The notes beneath the pieces were generated by a model. That model searched no databases and was not told the DNA's origin. It was given only the letters and a program-made list of their open reading frames with translations. A stretch of 64,000 bases of DNA from an uncultured Clostridia bacterium (GTDB lineage Bacteria > Bacillota > Clostridia > Lachnospirales > Anaerotignaceae): contig CAJUNT010000003.1 of assembly GCA_910587735.1 (NCBI GenBank), positions 16,515 through 80,514 on the forward strand, written 5' to 3'. Below are positions 20,046-31,366 of the stretch, piece by piece; position 1 is the first letter of the stretch, and the number at the start of each line of letters is the position of its first letter. The translations under genes and the position numbers were made by a program.

Positions 20046-21716
20046 TTGGCAACAAAAAAACAAAAGTTGAAAGTAATGGCGCTAGGCGGTCTGGAAGAAA
20101 TAGGAAAGAATATGACAGTATTAGAATATAATAATGATATTATTGTAATTGACTGTGGACTTGCCTTTCCAGAGGATGATATGTTAGGCATTGATTTAGT
20201 TATACCTGATGTTTCATATTTGACAAAAAATGCAGAAAAAGTGAGAGGAATTGTATTGACACATGGTCACGAAGACCATATTGGAGCTTTGCCATATGTA
20301 TTAAAAGAATTGAATGTACCAATATTTGGTACACTATTAACATTAGGACTTTTGGAAAATAAGCTCAAAGAACATGAATTATTAAATCAAGTAGTGTGTC
20401 ATACAGTTGTTCCAGGAGAATCTGTAAAATTAGGACAAATGAAAGTAGAATTTATACACACAAATCATTCAATAGCAGACGCTGTGGCGTTAGCAATCAC
20501 AACACCATTAGGTGTAGTGATACACACAGGAGATTTTAAAGTAGATTATACTCCTATTGATGGAGATATTATGGATATTCATCGATTTGCAGAATTGGGT
20601 AAGCAAGGTGTGCTTTTGCTTATGAGTGATAGTACAAACGCAGAAAGAAAAGGCTTTACAATGTCTGAAAAATCAGTAGGAGCTGTATTTGATAGATTAT
20701 TTGAAGAAACACCTAAAAACCGTATTATGGTAGCAACATTTTCTTCTAATATTCATAGGATACAACAGATTATTAATTCTGCTAAAACATTTGGAAGAAA
20801 AGTTGCAATTATTGGCAGAAGTATGATAAATGCGGTTAAAACATCTTCTGAGTTAGGATATTTGAATATACCAGCAGGTATATTGATAGATATTTCAGAA
20901 ATTCGTAATTTTAAAGATGAACAGCTTGTCATTATTACAACAGGTAGTCAAGGGGAAACGATGTCAGCATTGTCTAGAATTGCGTCAGGAGAGCATAGAC
21001 AAATTTCTGTAAATCCAGATGATAAAATTATTATCAGTGCATCTTCTATACCTGGAAATGAAAAAAATATTTCTCGTGTCATTAATGAACTTTTGAAAAA
21101 AGGCGCTAATGTGGTGTATGAGGGTATGGCAGATATTCATGTTTCAGGACACGCACGACAGGAAGAACTGAAATTAATGCTTGCATTAACGAAACCACAG
21201 TATTTTATGCCTGTGCATGGCGAATTTATGCATTTAACAAGCCATAGAGATTTGGCAATTTCTATGGGTATGGATAAAAAAAATATATTTTTGATGAAAA
21301 CAGGAGATGTTCTTGAAATCTCTAAAAATGATGCAAAAGTTAACGGAACAATACCAGTAGGACAGGTTATGGTAGATGGTCTTGGTGTAGGAGATGTAGG
21401 CAATATTGTATTAAGAGATAGAAAACATTTATCACAAGATGGACTAATGGTAGTTGTTGTAACAATGGAAAAAGAAAGCGGTATGATTGTAGCAGGACCA
21501 GATATTATTTCAAGAGGTTTTGTTTATGTAAGGGAAGCAGAAGACTTGATGGAGGAAGCGAAGGGCGTTGTTAAGGAAGCGTTGATAAAATGTGAAGAAA
21601 AGCATATTACAGGCTGGAGTTATATTAAAGGGCTGATTAAAGACACATTGAAAAATTATTTATGGCAAAGAACAAAACGCAGTCCTATGATTTTGCCCAT
21701 TATTATGGAGGTATAA
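20046..21716 (+). CDS. rnj: ribonuclease J
   Basis: LGGLEEIGKN, THGHEDHIG, HVSGHA, PMILP; AGGAGG RBS before TTG 20046. Confidence 0.96.
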   Translation: MATKKQKLKVMALGGLEEIGKNMTVLEYNNDIIVIDCGLAFPEDDMLGIDLVIPDVSYLTKNAEKVRGIVLTHGHEDHIGALPYVLKELNVPIFGTLLTLGLLENKLKEHELLNQVVCHTVVPGESVKLGQMKVEFIHTNHSIADAVALAITTPLGVVIHTGDFKVDYTPIDGDIMDIHRFAELGKQGVLLLMSDSTNAERKGFTMSEKSVGAVFDRLFEETPKNRIMVATFSSNIHRIQQIINSAKTFGRKVAIIGRSMINAVKTSSELGYLNIPAGILIDISEIRNFKDEQLVIITTGSQGETMSALSRIASGEHRQISVNPDDKIIISASSIPGNEKNISRVINELLKKGANVVYEGMADIHVSGHARQEELKLMLALTKPQYFMPVHGEFMHLTSHRDLAISMGMDKKNIFLMKTGDVLEISKNDAKVNGTIPVGQVMVDGLGVGDVGNIVLRDRKHLSQDGLMVVVVTMEKESGMIVAGPDIISRGFVYVREAEDLMEEAKGVVKEALIKCEEKHITGWSYIKGLIKDTLKNYLWQRTKRSPMILPIIMEV

Positions 21717-21719
21717 GTT

Positions 21720-22079
21720 TTGGATACTATAAAAAAGATGGCAATGGAATTAGGGGAAAAAGTATATCAATCTGATTTATACCAATCCTATTTATACTAT
21801 AAAAAAAGAGTGGAAAACAAACCAAATTTAAAACAAAAAATTGATGAATTAAAAAAATTGCAGTTGAGCCAAGGCTTAAGAAGAAGACAAGGCGAATTTA
21901 TAGCTTTAAAAGAGGAAGAAGATTTAAGCAAAGCATATAGTGATGTTGCATTAGACCCAGATGGTATGGGATTTTGGGAAAGTGAAAAGCAGTTGATGTC
22001 ATTTATGGCAGAAGTTTTGGAAATTGTAGTTGCACAAGCACCTATTGATTTTAGTTATACAGATGATATGGAAGATTAA
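21720..22079 (+). CDS. YlbF/YmcA-family regulator-like protein
   Basis: Size, helical pattern (AMELGEKV.QS..Y), position after rnj; GGAGG RBS. Confidence 0.65.
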   Translation: MDTIKKMAMELGEKVYQSDLYQSYLYYKKRVENKPNLKQKIDELKKLQLSQGLRRRQGEFIALKEEEDLSKAYSDVALDPDGMGFWESEKQLMSFMAEVLEIVVAQAPIDFSYTDDMED

Positions 22080-22142
22080 AAAAGTTTAAAGCATGAAAAA
22101 CATAAAAACTTATATGAAATATAAAAAATATTGATTTTATTT

Positions 22143-22181
22143 AAAAAAGCAGTACAGATTTTATATCTGTACTGCTTTTTT
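22143..22181. terminator. bidirectional terminator
   Basis: AAAAAAGCAGTACAGAT/ATCTGTACTGCTTTTTT. Confidence 0.85.
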
Positions 22182-22234
22182 GAAAAGAACTGAATAAAAA
22201 AGTTTGTTAAAAAACAGAATTTTTTACATTAATA

Positions 22235-24067
22235 TTAAGCTGCTGTTTCAAAAAATTGTTTGTGCCAAACTAAAAACATATATATTGTCCATATTTTTCT
22301 GCTATTATCTGCTTTGCCTGCTTTATGCTCATCTAAAAATTTTACAATTTCATTTGTTTTAAAATAGGTTTGTGCTGTTTTGCTTGTAAAAGCAGTTTTT
22401 ACAATATTATAATACTTGTCCTCTTTTAACCAAACACGAATTGGCACAGGAAAACCTAATTTTTTCTTTTCTGCAACCATATCTGGTAAATACCGATGAG
22501 AAGCAATACGCATAGCATATTTTGTATTTTCTTTATTTACTTTAAATTTTGTAGGTAATGTTCTTGCTACTTTAAATACTTCTTTATCTAAAAATGGTAC
22601 TCTGACCTCAAGAGAATGTGCACAGCTCATTTTATCAGCTTTTAGTAAAATATCTCCTATTAACCAAAGATTGATGTCTATATACTGCATTTTTGTAACA
22701 TCATCTAAATGCTTTACTTTGTCATAAAGAGGTTTTGTAATTTCTGTATGATGATAGTGTTTTGTAGGGTGTTTTAGTAGCTTTTCTCTTTCTGATTCTT
22801 GAAACATAAAAGCATTTCCTATAAAACGCTCTTGTAATTCTTTACTGCCACGAATGATATAATTTTTGCCTTTTACATGAAAAGGAATTGCTTTTGCAAT
22901 ACCGCCTAATATTTTTTTTACTGGTTTTGGAAGGCGTGTAATAGGGAGTAAGTCATGAGGTTCTCTATAAATATTGTAGCCACCGAAAAATTCGTCTGCA
23001 CCTTCTCCAGAAAGAGCAACTTTAACATATTTTGATGCTGTTTGACTGACAAAATATAATGCAATAGCAGAAGGGTCTGCTAAAGGCTCGTCCATATGAT
23101 ATTGTACCTTAGGAATAGCTTCCCAATACTCTTGTGTTGTAATCAATTTACTATAATTGTCAATATTGATTTTTTTAGATAATGCTTTTGCATAATCAAT
23201 TTCATTATATTTTTCATAATCGAATCCTACTGTAAATGTTTTATCACCATGAAAACAAGCAGCAACATAACTAGAGTCTACACCACTAGAAAGAAAAGAA
23301 CCAACTTCTACATCACTAATTTTATGTTTTTTAATAGAATCTTGCATTGCAGCATCAATTTCTTTTACAAATTGTTCTAATGTTTTGCTGTTATCTGCAT
23401 CAAATGTTGGTTCCCAATAACGCTTTATATTCATAATACCATTTTGGAATGTAAAACAATGAGAAGGCATCAGTTTATAAACACCTTTAAAAAATGTTTC
23501 AGGTAATACAGAGTATTGAAATGTTAAATAATTTTCTAATGCTTCTATATTGACTTCCTTTTTAAAATGAGGATATTCTAATATACTTTTAATTTCAGAA
23601 CCATATACAATATTATCGTTGATAATAGTATAGTAAAAAGGTTTGATTCCAAAAAAATCTCTTGCTCCGAAAAGTAAATTCTTTTTGCTATCCCAAATAA
23701 CAAATGCAAACATACCCCTTAATTGATTCAGCATATCTTCCCCATATTCTTCATAAGCATGAAGTAATACTTCTGTATCAGAATCATTTTTAAATATATG
23801 TCCTTTATTGATTAACTCTTCCCGTAATGATTGATAATTATAAATTTCACCATTAAATGTTATAACAATATCATCTGTTTCATTATACATAGGCTGTGAA
23901 CCATGGTCTAAGTCTATAATACTTAAACGACGAAAGCCTAATGCTACATTTTGGTCAATATGTTTTCCACCACTGTCTGGACCTCTATGCACTATTTTAT
24001 TCATCATATTATCTAATACATCATTTGCATTTGCTAATGTACCAGTAAAACCACAAATACCACACAT
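22235..24067 (-). CDS. asnB: asparagine synthase (glutamine-hydrolysing)
   Basis: MCGI Ntn start, HRGPD, LSSGVDSS, SGEGADE, RVPFLD. Confidence 0.95.
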   Translation of the reverse strand: MCGICGFTGTLANANDVLDNMMNKIVHRGPDSGGKHIDQNVALGFRRLSIIDLDHGSQPMYNETDDIVITFNGEIYNYQSLREELINKGHIFKNDSDTEVLLHAYEEYGEDMLNQLRGMFAFVIWDSKKNLLFGARDFFGIKPFYYTIINDNIVYGSEIKSILEYPHFKKEVNIEALENYLTFQYSVLPETFFKGVYKLMPSHCFTFQNGIMNIKRYWEPTFDADNSKTLEQFVKEIDAAMQDSIKKHKISDVEVGSFLSSGVDSSYVAACFHGDKTFTVGFDYEKYNEIDYAKALSKKINIDNYSKLITTQEYWEAIPKVQYHMDEPLADPSAIALYFVSQTASKYVKVALSGEGADEFFGGYNIYREPHDLLPITRLPKPVKKILGGIAKAIPFHVKGKNYIIRGSKELQERFIGNAFMFQESEREKLLKHPTKHYHHTEITKPLYDKVKHLDDVTKMQYIDINLWLIGDILLKADKMSCAHSLEVRVPFLDKEVFKVARTLPTKFKVNKENTKYAMRIASHRYLPDMVAEKKKLGFPVPIRVWLKEDKYYNIVKTAFTSKTAQTYFKTNEIVKFLDEHKAGKADNSRKIWTIYMFLVWHKQFFETAA

Positions 24068-24168
24068 ATTTTGTTTCCTCCTGTTTGTTATATTCCATAA
24101 TGTAAAACTTTATCATAGTTATAAAAGAAAAGCAATAAATTTGATTATTAGATTTTTACAATATTATA

Positions 24169-24825
24169 TTAGTCAATATAAAGCCAATCTAAATGATTAA
24201 TAAAATATTGTATATCTTGTATTAGTTTGCAAGTATGATAACCATCAGCAACAGCATGATTTACAAATATAGAAAAAGGTAATGTTATTTTATTATGATG
24301 TTTATGATATTTACCAAATACAATAATTGGTAAAAGCATTTTGTTTTCTGTAAATGTATCATAATTGATGCTGGTAAAAGAAAGCCAAGGAACACAAGAA
24401 ATAGGACAATAATTTTGTCCTGTTCTAGGTTTTGTTTTGATTCCTTTTATATTTTGATATTGCTTCATATCTTTTATAACATTGTTGTAAAAAATGGGAA
24501 AAGAACAATGATACTCTGACCAAATATCAGAAAATGTTTTATCATCATTATGAAAAATAGTATAGGAAGGGTGACAAATATCCCAATAGCCTAACTCACC
24601 TGCTTCATTATAAGCCATACGAAATTCTTTATTTTGATTGATATTATATATAATAGCATATAAAAAAGTGGGATAAAATTTTAAGTTTTTATGTTTTATT
24701 TCAGATACTAGTTTTGTAACATCAATTTCTGCTGTTACAGTATATTTTGCTTTCACTAAATTAATATAATATTGATAGTGTTCTTTTCTTTCCCAATTTT
24801 CCATATCAATGACAGTAAAAGCCAT
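24169..24825 (-). CDS. type A chloramphenicol acetyltransferase-like O-acetyltransferase
   Basis: W.RKEH, ISCVPW..FT, NHAVADGYH catalytic motif. Confidence 0.9.
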   Translation of the reverse strand: MAFTVIDMENWERKEHYQYYINLVKAKYTVTAEIDVTKLVSEIKHKNLKFYPTFLYAIIYNINQNKEFRMAYNEAGELGYWDICHPSYTIFHNDDKTFSDIWSEYHCSFPIFYNNVIKDMKQYQNIKGIKTKPRTGQNYCPISCVPWLSFTSINYDTFTENKMLLPIIVFGKYHKHHNKITLPFSIFVNHAVADGYHTCKLIQDIQYFINHLDWLYID

Positions 24826-24843
24826 AAAATCACCTCTTTTCTA

Positions 24844-25227
24844 TTATGCTATAATTTCAATTTGATTACCATCTGGGTCTAATACACAACTTTCATAATA
24901 GCCATCTCCTGTTGTACGAGGATAGCTGATAATAGAGTAACCATCTTCTTCTAATTTTTGAGTAAGCATATTTACATTTTCAATAGAACCAACAGAAAAT
25001 GCAATATGAATATAACCCATATGAAATAGTTCTTTGCTATTATTATCCATTACAGGACGTGTCATAATTTCTAAGCGACTGCCATCTTGAAATGATATAA
25101 AATAAGTTTCTAAACCAGTAGTTTTATTTTTATATTTTGTATTTGAAATACCGCCAAAATAATATTCATAAAATGATTTTAAACGATCTAATTTTTTAGT
25201 ATAAATGGCAATATGGTCAATTCTCAT
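24844..25227 (-). CDS. VOC/glyoxalase family protein
   Basis: IDHIAI, HIAFSVGS, DPDGNQIE. Confidence 0.92.
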   Translation of the reverse strand: MRIDHIAIYTKKLDRLKSFYEYYFGGISNTKYKNKTTGLETYFISFQDGSRLEIMTRPVMDNNSKELFHMGYIHIAFSVGSIENVNMLTQKLEEDGYSIISYPRTTGDGYYESCVLDPDGNQIEIIA

Positions 25228-25265
25228 ATAAATTTCCCCTTTATTCTGAATTGTTTAAAGTGTTT

Positions 25266-26060
25266 TTATATTCCACTAGAATCAAAATCTTTCATAACTT
25301 CTATAATTTCATTTGTATTCAAAATAATGTCACAAACATACACGCAATTTGTATCATCATTGAAATGTTCAGCAGGTATTGTATATGTTGCTGTTGTTCC
25401 ATCTAATAGTGATACATCAACGACAACATCTTGCTCTAATTTTTCACCATTATAATTCATTGTAATAATAGAAAATGTTTTATTTTTCATACCAAGTATA
25501 GAAATAATTTCCTTTGTAGCAATATCTTGTTGCATTTGATAGTCATAATCTAACCAGATACTATTAGAAGCATCTAAAGAATATTTAGGAGTACTAAAAT
25601 TAATAATAACATTATCTTGTGAACTAATTAACATTAAATCCATATCTACATTGTTGAGAGTACCCCACTGTAAACTAATTAAATGGTCATAAGGGTGTGA
25701 TATTACAATGTCACCATTTTCATATAATTGTTCTATTTCATCAGAAGTGTTTTTTTGTGAAGAAATATCTTTTGTAATTTGACTGATATTTTGTTGTTGT
25801 GTATGCTTTGATTGAAATTTATCCCATATTATCATAAAAAGTAAAAGCAAAAGCAAAATGATAGTATAGGCAATACCAACTTTAACACTTAAATAATATA
25901 AAAGTGCCATCAAAATACAAAATCCTAGTGCAAATCCTATCCAACCAATGGTGTTATAGGAATCAAAAGTAGGCTTTCCGCTTATATAAATGGTATATAA
26001 TGAAAATGTTGATAACAAAATGCCAATAATGGCGAGTATCCATTTTAAAACCCTATTCAT
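25266..26060 (-). CDS. hypothetical membrane protein (3 TM plus soluble domain)
   Basis: AAGGAGGG RBS; hydrophobic N-terminus; LQW....DMDL motif. Confidence 0.75.
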   Translation of the reverse strand: MNRVLKWILAIIGILLSTFSLYTIYISGKPTFDSYNTIGWIGFALGFCILMALLYYLSVKVGIAYTIILLLLLLFMIIWDKFQSKHTQQQNISQITKDISSQKNTSDEIEQLYENGDIVISHPYDHLISLQWGTLNNVDMDLMLISSQDNVIINFSTPKYSLDASNSIWLDYDYQMQQDIATKEIISILGMKNKTFSIITMNYNGEKLEQDVVVDVSLLDGTTATYTIPAEHFNDDTNCVYVCDIILNTNEIIEVMKDFDSSGI

Positions 26061-26342
26061 AAAAGCCCTCCTTGCTTTATATTAGATTCTGTCATATTAA
26101 TATGATTTTGCAAAGGGAAACTTTTTATAAATGAAAAAAGTTTCCCCTTACTCATTACAAAATATATTTAAGATATAAAGCAAAATTTTTATTTAAATAT
26201 AAATACTTTTCTATTTTTATATCAAATAAAAAGAACTATGTTTCAAAAGAAAAATCATTTCTATATAGAATATTTTTCTATATTTGTATATAGTATTATT
26301 TTGCTAAATGCCAATGAGGGCAATGATTATAAATAAGAATTT

Positions 26343-27524
26343 TTATAATCCCATTTCTTTTTTTACTTTTGCAAAACATTCTACTACAAAATCTAAATCT
26401 TCTTTGCTATGTCCAGCAGAAATTTGTGTGCGAACTCTTGCCTTTTCCATTGGAACAACAGGATAAGAAAAGCCTATAACATAGACACCTAATTCTAACA
26501 TTCGAGTAGCAAATTCTTTTGCTACTTTTGCATCATAAAGCATAACAGGTACAATAGGGTGAGAACCTTCTGGAATATCAAAACCTAGATTGCTCATTTT
26601 TTGACGGAAATAAGCAGTATTTTCATGTACCTTATCACGTAATGTTGTAGACTGTTCTAATAAATCAATTGTTTTGATAGTAGCAGCACATATAGCAGGT
26701 GCTACAGTATTTGAAAAAAGATAAGGGCGAGAGCGTTGACGAAGTAAGTCTACAATTTCCTTTTTTGCACTGGTATATCCTCCTGAAGCACCACCTAATG
26801 CTTTTCCAAAAGTACCAGTTAAAATATCAACTCTACCTATAACACCACAGTATTCTGGTGTTCCTCTACCATGCTCACCCATAAATCCTACTGCATGACT
26901 ATCATCTACCATAACAAGAGCATCATATTGTTCTGCTAAATCACAAATGCCTTTTAAATTGGCAATAAAACCGTCCATAGAAAATACGCCGTCTGTGGCA
27001 ATTAAACGAATACGTGCTTCTTTTGACTGTTCTAAACATTCTTTTAATGAATTCATATCATTGTTTTTATAGCGCATTTTTTTTGCTTTGCAAAGTCGAA
27101 CACCATCAATAATACTAGCATGGTTTAATTCGTCAGAAATAATAACATCTTCTTCATTTAGTAAGGATTCAAATAATCCTCCATTTGCATCAAAACAAGA
27201 GGAATATAATATAGTGTCTTCCATACCTAAAAATTTACTAATACGGTCTTCTAATATTTTATGAATTTGTTGTGTTCCACATATAAAACGAACAGAGCTT
27301 AAACCAAATCCCCATTTATCATAGCTGTCTTTTGCAGCAGCAATTAATTCGCTGTTATCCGAAAGTCCTAAGTAGTTATTTGCACACATATTAACAACTT
27401 GTTTTTTAGCTGTTGTATCAATACGTGATTTTTGAGGTGTTGTAATAATACGCTCCTCTTTTGCAGTACCTGCATTTTGAATTGACTGCAAATCATTTTT
27501 AAAATATTCAAGTGCCTTTTTCAT
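26343..27524 (-). CDS. kbl: glycine C-acetyltransferase (2-amino-3-ketobutyrate CoA ligase)
   Basis: [42 protein letters not shown]. Confidence 0.95.
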   Translation of the reverse strand: MKKALEYFKNDLQSIQNAGTAKEERIITTPQKSRIDTTAKKQVVNMCANNYLGLSDNSELIAAAKDSYDKWGFGLSSVRFICGTQQIHKILEDRISKFLGMEDTILYSSCFDANGGLFESLLNEEDVIISDELNHASIIDGVRLCKAKKMRYKNNDMNSLKECLEQSKEARIRLIATDGVFSMDGFIANLKGICDLAEQYDALVMVDDSHAVGFMGEHGRGTPEYCGVIGRVDILTGTFGKALGGASGGYTSAKKEIVDLLRQRSRPYLFSNTVAPAICAATIKTIDLLEQSTTLRDKVHENTAYFRQKMSNLGFDIPEGSHPIVPVMLYDAKVAKEFATRMLELGVYVIGFSYPVVPMEKARVRTQISAGHSKEDLDFVVECFAKVKKEMGL

Positions 27525-27581
27525 GTGATAAAAAACCTCCTTAAAAAAATAAAAAATTTTACTATATTTATTAATATGATA

Positions 27582-28805
27582 TTATGAATTTATTTTTTCC
27601 GCTTCATAAGAAACAGTATAAGTATCTGCGTCCCATGTTATATTATCGTCTGAAATACCTAAAGAGTTTAGTAAAGGACGTAAAGGTAAAAATGTAATAC
27701 CATTTTGTATGATTGGAGCGCTATCCATTTCCTGTGTAGTACCATTAATAGTAATTGTATGAGAGCCTATTTCGTAACGAATTGCTTTTTGATATTGGCT
27801 TGTTTCATTTTTAGGTATCAGTATTGTAATAATTTGATTAATATTATCCCATTGAATGTTTTGTGCATCTATACCAAGTGTACCTGCAACGGCTCTTAAG
27901 GGTAGAAGTGTTCTACCATTACTGTCTATAAAAGGTGGAGACTCTAAATAACCAGTTTTATCTTCATAAGTATATGTATTTTTTCCTACTGTAAATGTAA
28001 CGGTTGCTGTTGTTTTTGGCACTTCTGGTAGTATTTCAAATTCCTGTGAAACAGTAGCAAATAATGTATTTTTACCTTGTAAATATCCTATTGAGAATGT
28101 ATGTGTTCCCTCTTCTAAATAAGAAGATTTATAAGGAAATATATAGTTCCATGTACCATCTTCTGCTACAGTAATATCTCCATATTCTTCATCATCAATG
28201 CGTATTTGTAATTTTTTTCCGGGAGAGGCTATGCCTGTAGCAGAAGGTTTTTTGCTACCCTCTAATGTTTTTATTTTAATTTCTGATTTATAAGAAGCAG
28301 GAGATTCTTTATATGTACCTACTTTTATAGTATCATATGTATTATTTCCGCTTAAAGATAATATAACATCTTTATCTATTTCTGAAGTTTCACTGGGAGC
28401 AACATCTAAATTATGAAATTCTATTGTGCCATCAGTGTCATCTGTTTGCTTTTGTATTGTGATATAAGCAATAGCAGGATTTTGATAATCAATTTCAAAT
28501 TGAACTTTGTCTTGATATTTTCCAGATGTTACGATTTCTGGTTTATTTTGAAATATAAAACCATTATTTAATTTTAAAGCATATATAGTATCTTTTTGTG
28601 TTACGACACCACTTTCATCTTTTATGCAAAAGACACTTAAATTAGTAGAGCCTGTAATTTCTTTTACATTACTTGTTTCTAAATAAATGGTAGTAAATGA
28701 GGAATTTACTGCGAAAACTGTTTTAGTGTTGCTTATGTAGGAGGCAATAGGTGTGCAAGTAAATGCAAATGCACATAGCATACAAGCTAATATTTTTTTC
28801 TTCAT
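27582..28805 (-). CDS. secreted protein with C-terminal copper amine oxidase N-terminal-like (stalk) domain
   Basis: Signal peptide; GRTLLPLRAV..WD and TFLPLR..WD repeats; Ig-like middle. Confidence 0.85.
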   Translation of the reverse strand: MKKKILACMLCAFAFTCTPIASYISNTKTVFAVNSSFTTIYLETSNVKEITGSTNLSVFCIKDESGVVTQKDTIYALKLNNGFIFQNKPEIVTSGKYQDKVQFEIDYQNPAIAYITIQKQTDDTDGTIEFHNLDVAPSETSEIDKDVILSLSGNNTYDTIKVGTYKESPASYKSEIKIKTLEGSKKPSATGIASPGKKLQIRIDDEEYGDITVAEDGTWNYIFPYKSSYLEEGTHTFSIGYLQGKNTLFATVSQEFEILPEVPKTTATVTFTVGKNTYTYEDKTGYLESPPFIDSNGRTLLPLRAVAGTLGIDAQNIQWDNINQIITILIPKNETSQYQKAIRYEIGSHTITINGTTQEMDSAPIIQNGITFLPLRPLLNSLGISDDNITWDADTYTVSYEAEKINS

Positions 28806-28977
28806 AATTGAAAACTCCTTTTTAATATAGTTAAGAAAGTATGTTATACTTTTGACATCGCTTTCTTATGTTTATTTTACACTATTTTAAGAAAAATTGC
28901 TTTATTTTTTTAAAATTATTGTATAAACTTTACAATGTATTTTATGGTTATTGTTATGAAATATATTATAATAAAAA

Positions 28978-29006
28978 ACCTCTCTTTAACATATACAAAG
29001 AGAGGT
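28978..29006 (-). terminator. terminator of HIT gene
   Basis: ACCTCTCTTT/AAAGAGAGGT stem, T-run on minus strand. Confidence 0.7.
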
Positions 29007-29042
29007 GAAAAAAGTTTGAAATAAAAACGATATTTTATTGTA

Positions 29043-29456
29043 TTATTTTATACCAGAAGAAATTTTTTGACGCATTGTTTCTATTTGTACATCTGTTAAA
29101 TCAAGAGGTTTATAAGCTATTTGAATACCATCATTTTCATAACGAGGAATCAAATGCATATGGAAATGGTCTACTGTTTGACCTGCAACACTACCATTAT
29201 TTTGCATAACATTCATATATTCTAAACCTAATGTTTTTTTCATTACTTGAGCGATTTGAACAGCTAATGTAAATAAACGTCCTCCTACTTCTGGGTCTAA
29301 TTCAAATATGTTTGGAACATGTTGCTTTAAAAGAATTAATACGTGTCCTTCATTAGCAGGAAAGCGGTCTAGTATTACCTTAAATTCATCATTTTCATAC
29401 AATGTGGCTGAGGCAAATGCTCCAGATACAATATTGCAAAATATACAATCACTCAT
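29043..29456 (-). CDS. HIT family protein
   Basis: DCIFC, GQTVDHFHMHLIPR. Confidence 0.95.
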   Translation of the reverse strand: MSDCIFCNIVSGAFASATLYENDEFKVILDRFPANEGHVLILLKQHVPNIFELDPEVGGRLFTLAVQIAQVMKKTLGLEYMNVMQNNGSVAGQTVDHFHMHLIPRYENDGIQIAYKPLDLTDVQIETMRQKISSGIK

Positions 29457-29519
29457 AAAAAAACACTCCTTTTCCAGTTACTTTTTATTTTATAGTATAA
29501 CATGGAAAAGTATTTTTGA

Positions 29520-30038
29520 CTATTGATATTTTGAGAAAAGGAAACAAAGACGAATACAATGGTCTTGTTTGTCTGTTATAATTTCAAAAAGTATATCTCT
29601 TAAATCTGTTTTAGGAATGGCAATAAGCAATTCTCTAAAAAAGTCTGTTTGTTCCATTTCTTGATGTAATGCTTTTTCTATTTCAGAAGAAACATTTTCT
29701 ATATTAATTTCAGTAGCAGAAGTTGGCTCTGTCTGTGTTGGCTGTGTAATATGTTTACCTGAAATATTGTATGAAATTTCTTGTAGTTGTTTTAAATGTT
29801 TCACTTCGTCTAAATAGGCATTACGTAATGTTTCAACATCTTGCTGCAATGCTGTATTTTTGATTAAAGCATCAAAAGTAGATAATGATTGCATTGTTTC
29901 TTGTTGAGCAATTTCTAATAATTCTAAAAGACGTTTGTCTTGTTTTAAATCATTTTTTGTAACAGAAACATTTGTTTCTCTTGTATTTATAGAAGTATTT
30001 TTTTGATAAATATTTGTGTTAGAACGATATGGATACAT
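29520..30038 (-). CDS. ferritin-like domain protein, possibly sporulation-related
   Basis: DEVKH and DKQDH helices; AAGGAG RBS; CATATGAT sigK-like -10 upstream. Confidence 0.7.
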   Translation of the reverse strand: MYPYRSNTNIYQKNTSINTRETNVSVTKNDLKQDKRLLELLEIAQQETMQSLSTFDALIKNTALQQDVETLRNAYLDEVKHLKQLQEISYNISGKHITQPTQTEPTSATEINIENVSSEIEKALHQEMEQTDFFRELLIAIPKTDLRDILFEIITDKQDHCIRLCFLFSKYQ

Positions 30039-30295
30039 GGCTAAACTCCTTTACAATACTTTTTTAATGCTATCATATGCAGTAAAAAATAAAAAATTGC
30101 TAAAAATAAAATACATTATTGTTTTGATATATTATTTCATTTGCTAAAATATATCAAATTTTGCAGTATAGATTTTTTTATTAATAAATGTAAAATTTAT
30201 ATGGATATTACAAACTTTTTTTGATATGATAAAAAAGGAACCTATATAAAAAATAATTTGATGTGATATAAAAATAAATGGGAGTGAGCTGTTAG

Positions 30296-31354
30296 GTGAA
30301 AAAAATAGTATTGACAGGTGGAGGAACAGCAGGTCATGTAACGCCGAATTTGGCATTGATACCAGCATTAAAACAGCAAGGCTATGATATTATATATATT
30401 GGCTCTGAGCAGGGTATGGAAAAGGGATTGATTGAAAAAGAAAATATTACTTATTATGGTATTCCCACAGGTAAATTGAGAAGATATCTTTCTGCTAAAA
30501 ATATTACAGATATATTTCGTGTTGTTTCTGGTATAAAGCAAGCCACAGCATTGATAAAGAAAATAAAACCAGATATTGTTTTTTCTAAAGGTGGCTTTGT
30601 TGCTGTACCAGTGGTATTGGGAGCAAAATTCAATAAAGTACCTGTAATTATACATGAGTCTGATATGACTCCAGGATTAGCAAATCGTATTGCTATGCCT
30701 TTTGCAAAAAAGGTTTGTACTACATTTCCCGAAACATTGGAATATATTACAAAGGGAAAAGGCGTAAATACAGGAACACCAATACGAAAAGGATTATTTG
30801 AAGGAAAAAAAGAAAAAGGATTAAAAATTTGTGGTTTTACAGAGCAAAAGCCTATTATTATGATGATGGGAGGGAGTTTAGGCTCTGTGAAAATTAATGT
30901 GCAGTTGAGGGGTGCCTTGCCAACACTTTTAAATGATTTTCAATTAGTGCATATTTGTGGAAAAGGAAATTTTGATAAAAAATTAGAAAATAAAAAAGGA
31001 TATAAACAATTTGAATATTTGTCAGAAGAACTGCCTCATATTTTTGCTATGTCAGATGTCATTATTTCCAGAGCAGGAAGTAATTCTATATCTGAATTTT
31101 TAGCTTTAAAAAAGCCAAATCTTTTGATACCTCTTTCTGCAAAGGCGAGCAGAGGTGACCAAATATTGAATGCGCAGTCTTTTGAAAAACAAGGTTTTTC
31201 AATGGTACTGCAAGAAGAAGATATGACATATATTTCTTTAGAAAAAGCAGTTCGTTTATTGTATGAAAATAGACAAAAATATATTAAAAATATGGAAAAT
31301 AGCCATCTTTCAGATGGAGTAAATGAAGTTTTAAAAATCATTCAATATGAATAG
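30296..31354 (+). CDS. murG: lipid II GlcNAc transferase
   Basis: [31 protein letters not shown]. Confidence 0.95.
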   Translation: MKKIVLTGGGTAGHVTPNLALIPALKQQGYDIIYIGSEQGMEKGLIEKENITYYGIPTGKLRRYLSAKNITDIFRVVSGIKQATALIKKIKPDIVFSKGGFVAVPVVLGAKFNKVPVIIHESDMTPGLANRIAMPFAKKVCTTFPETLEYITKGKGVNTGTPIRKGLFEGKKEKGLKICGFTEQKPIIMMMGGSLGSVKINVQLRGALPTLLNDFQLVHICGKGNFDKKLENKKGYKQFEYLSEELPHIFAMSDVIISRAGSNSISEFLALKKPNLLIPLSAKASRGDQILNAQSFEKQGFSMVLQEEDMTYISLEKAVRLLYENRQKYIKNMENSHLSDGVNEVLKIIQYE

Positions 31355-31366
31355 GAGGAATGTTTT

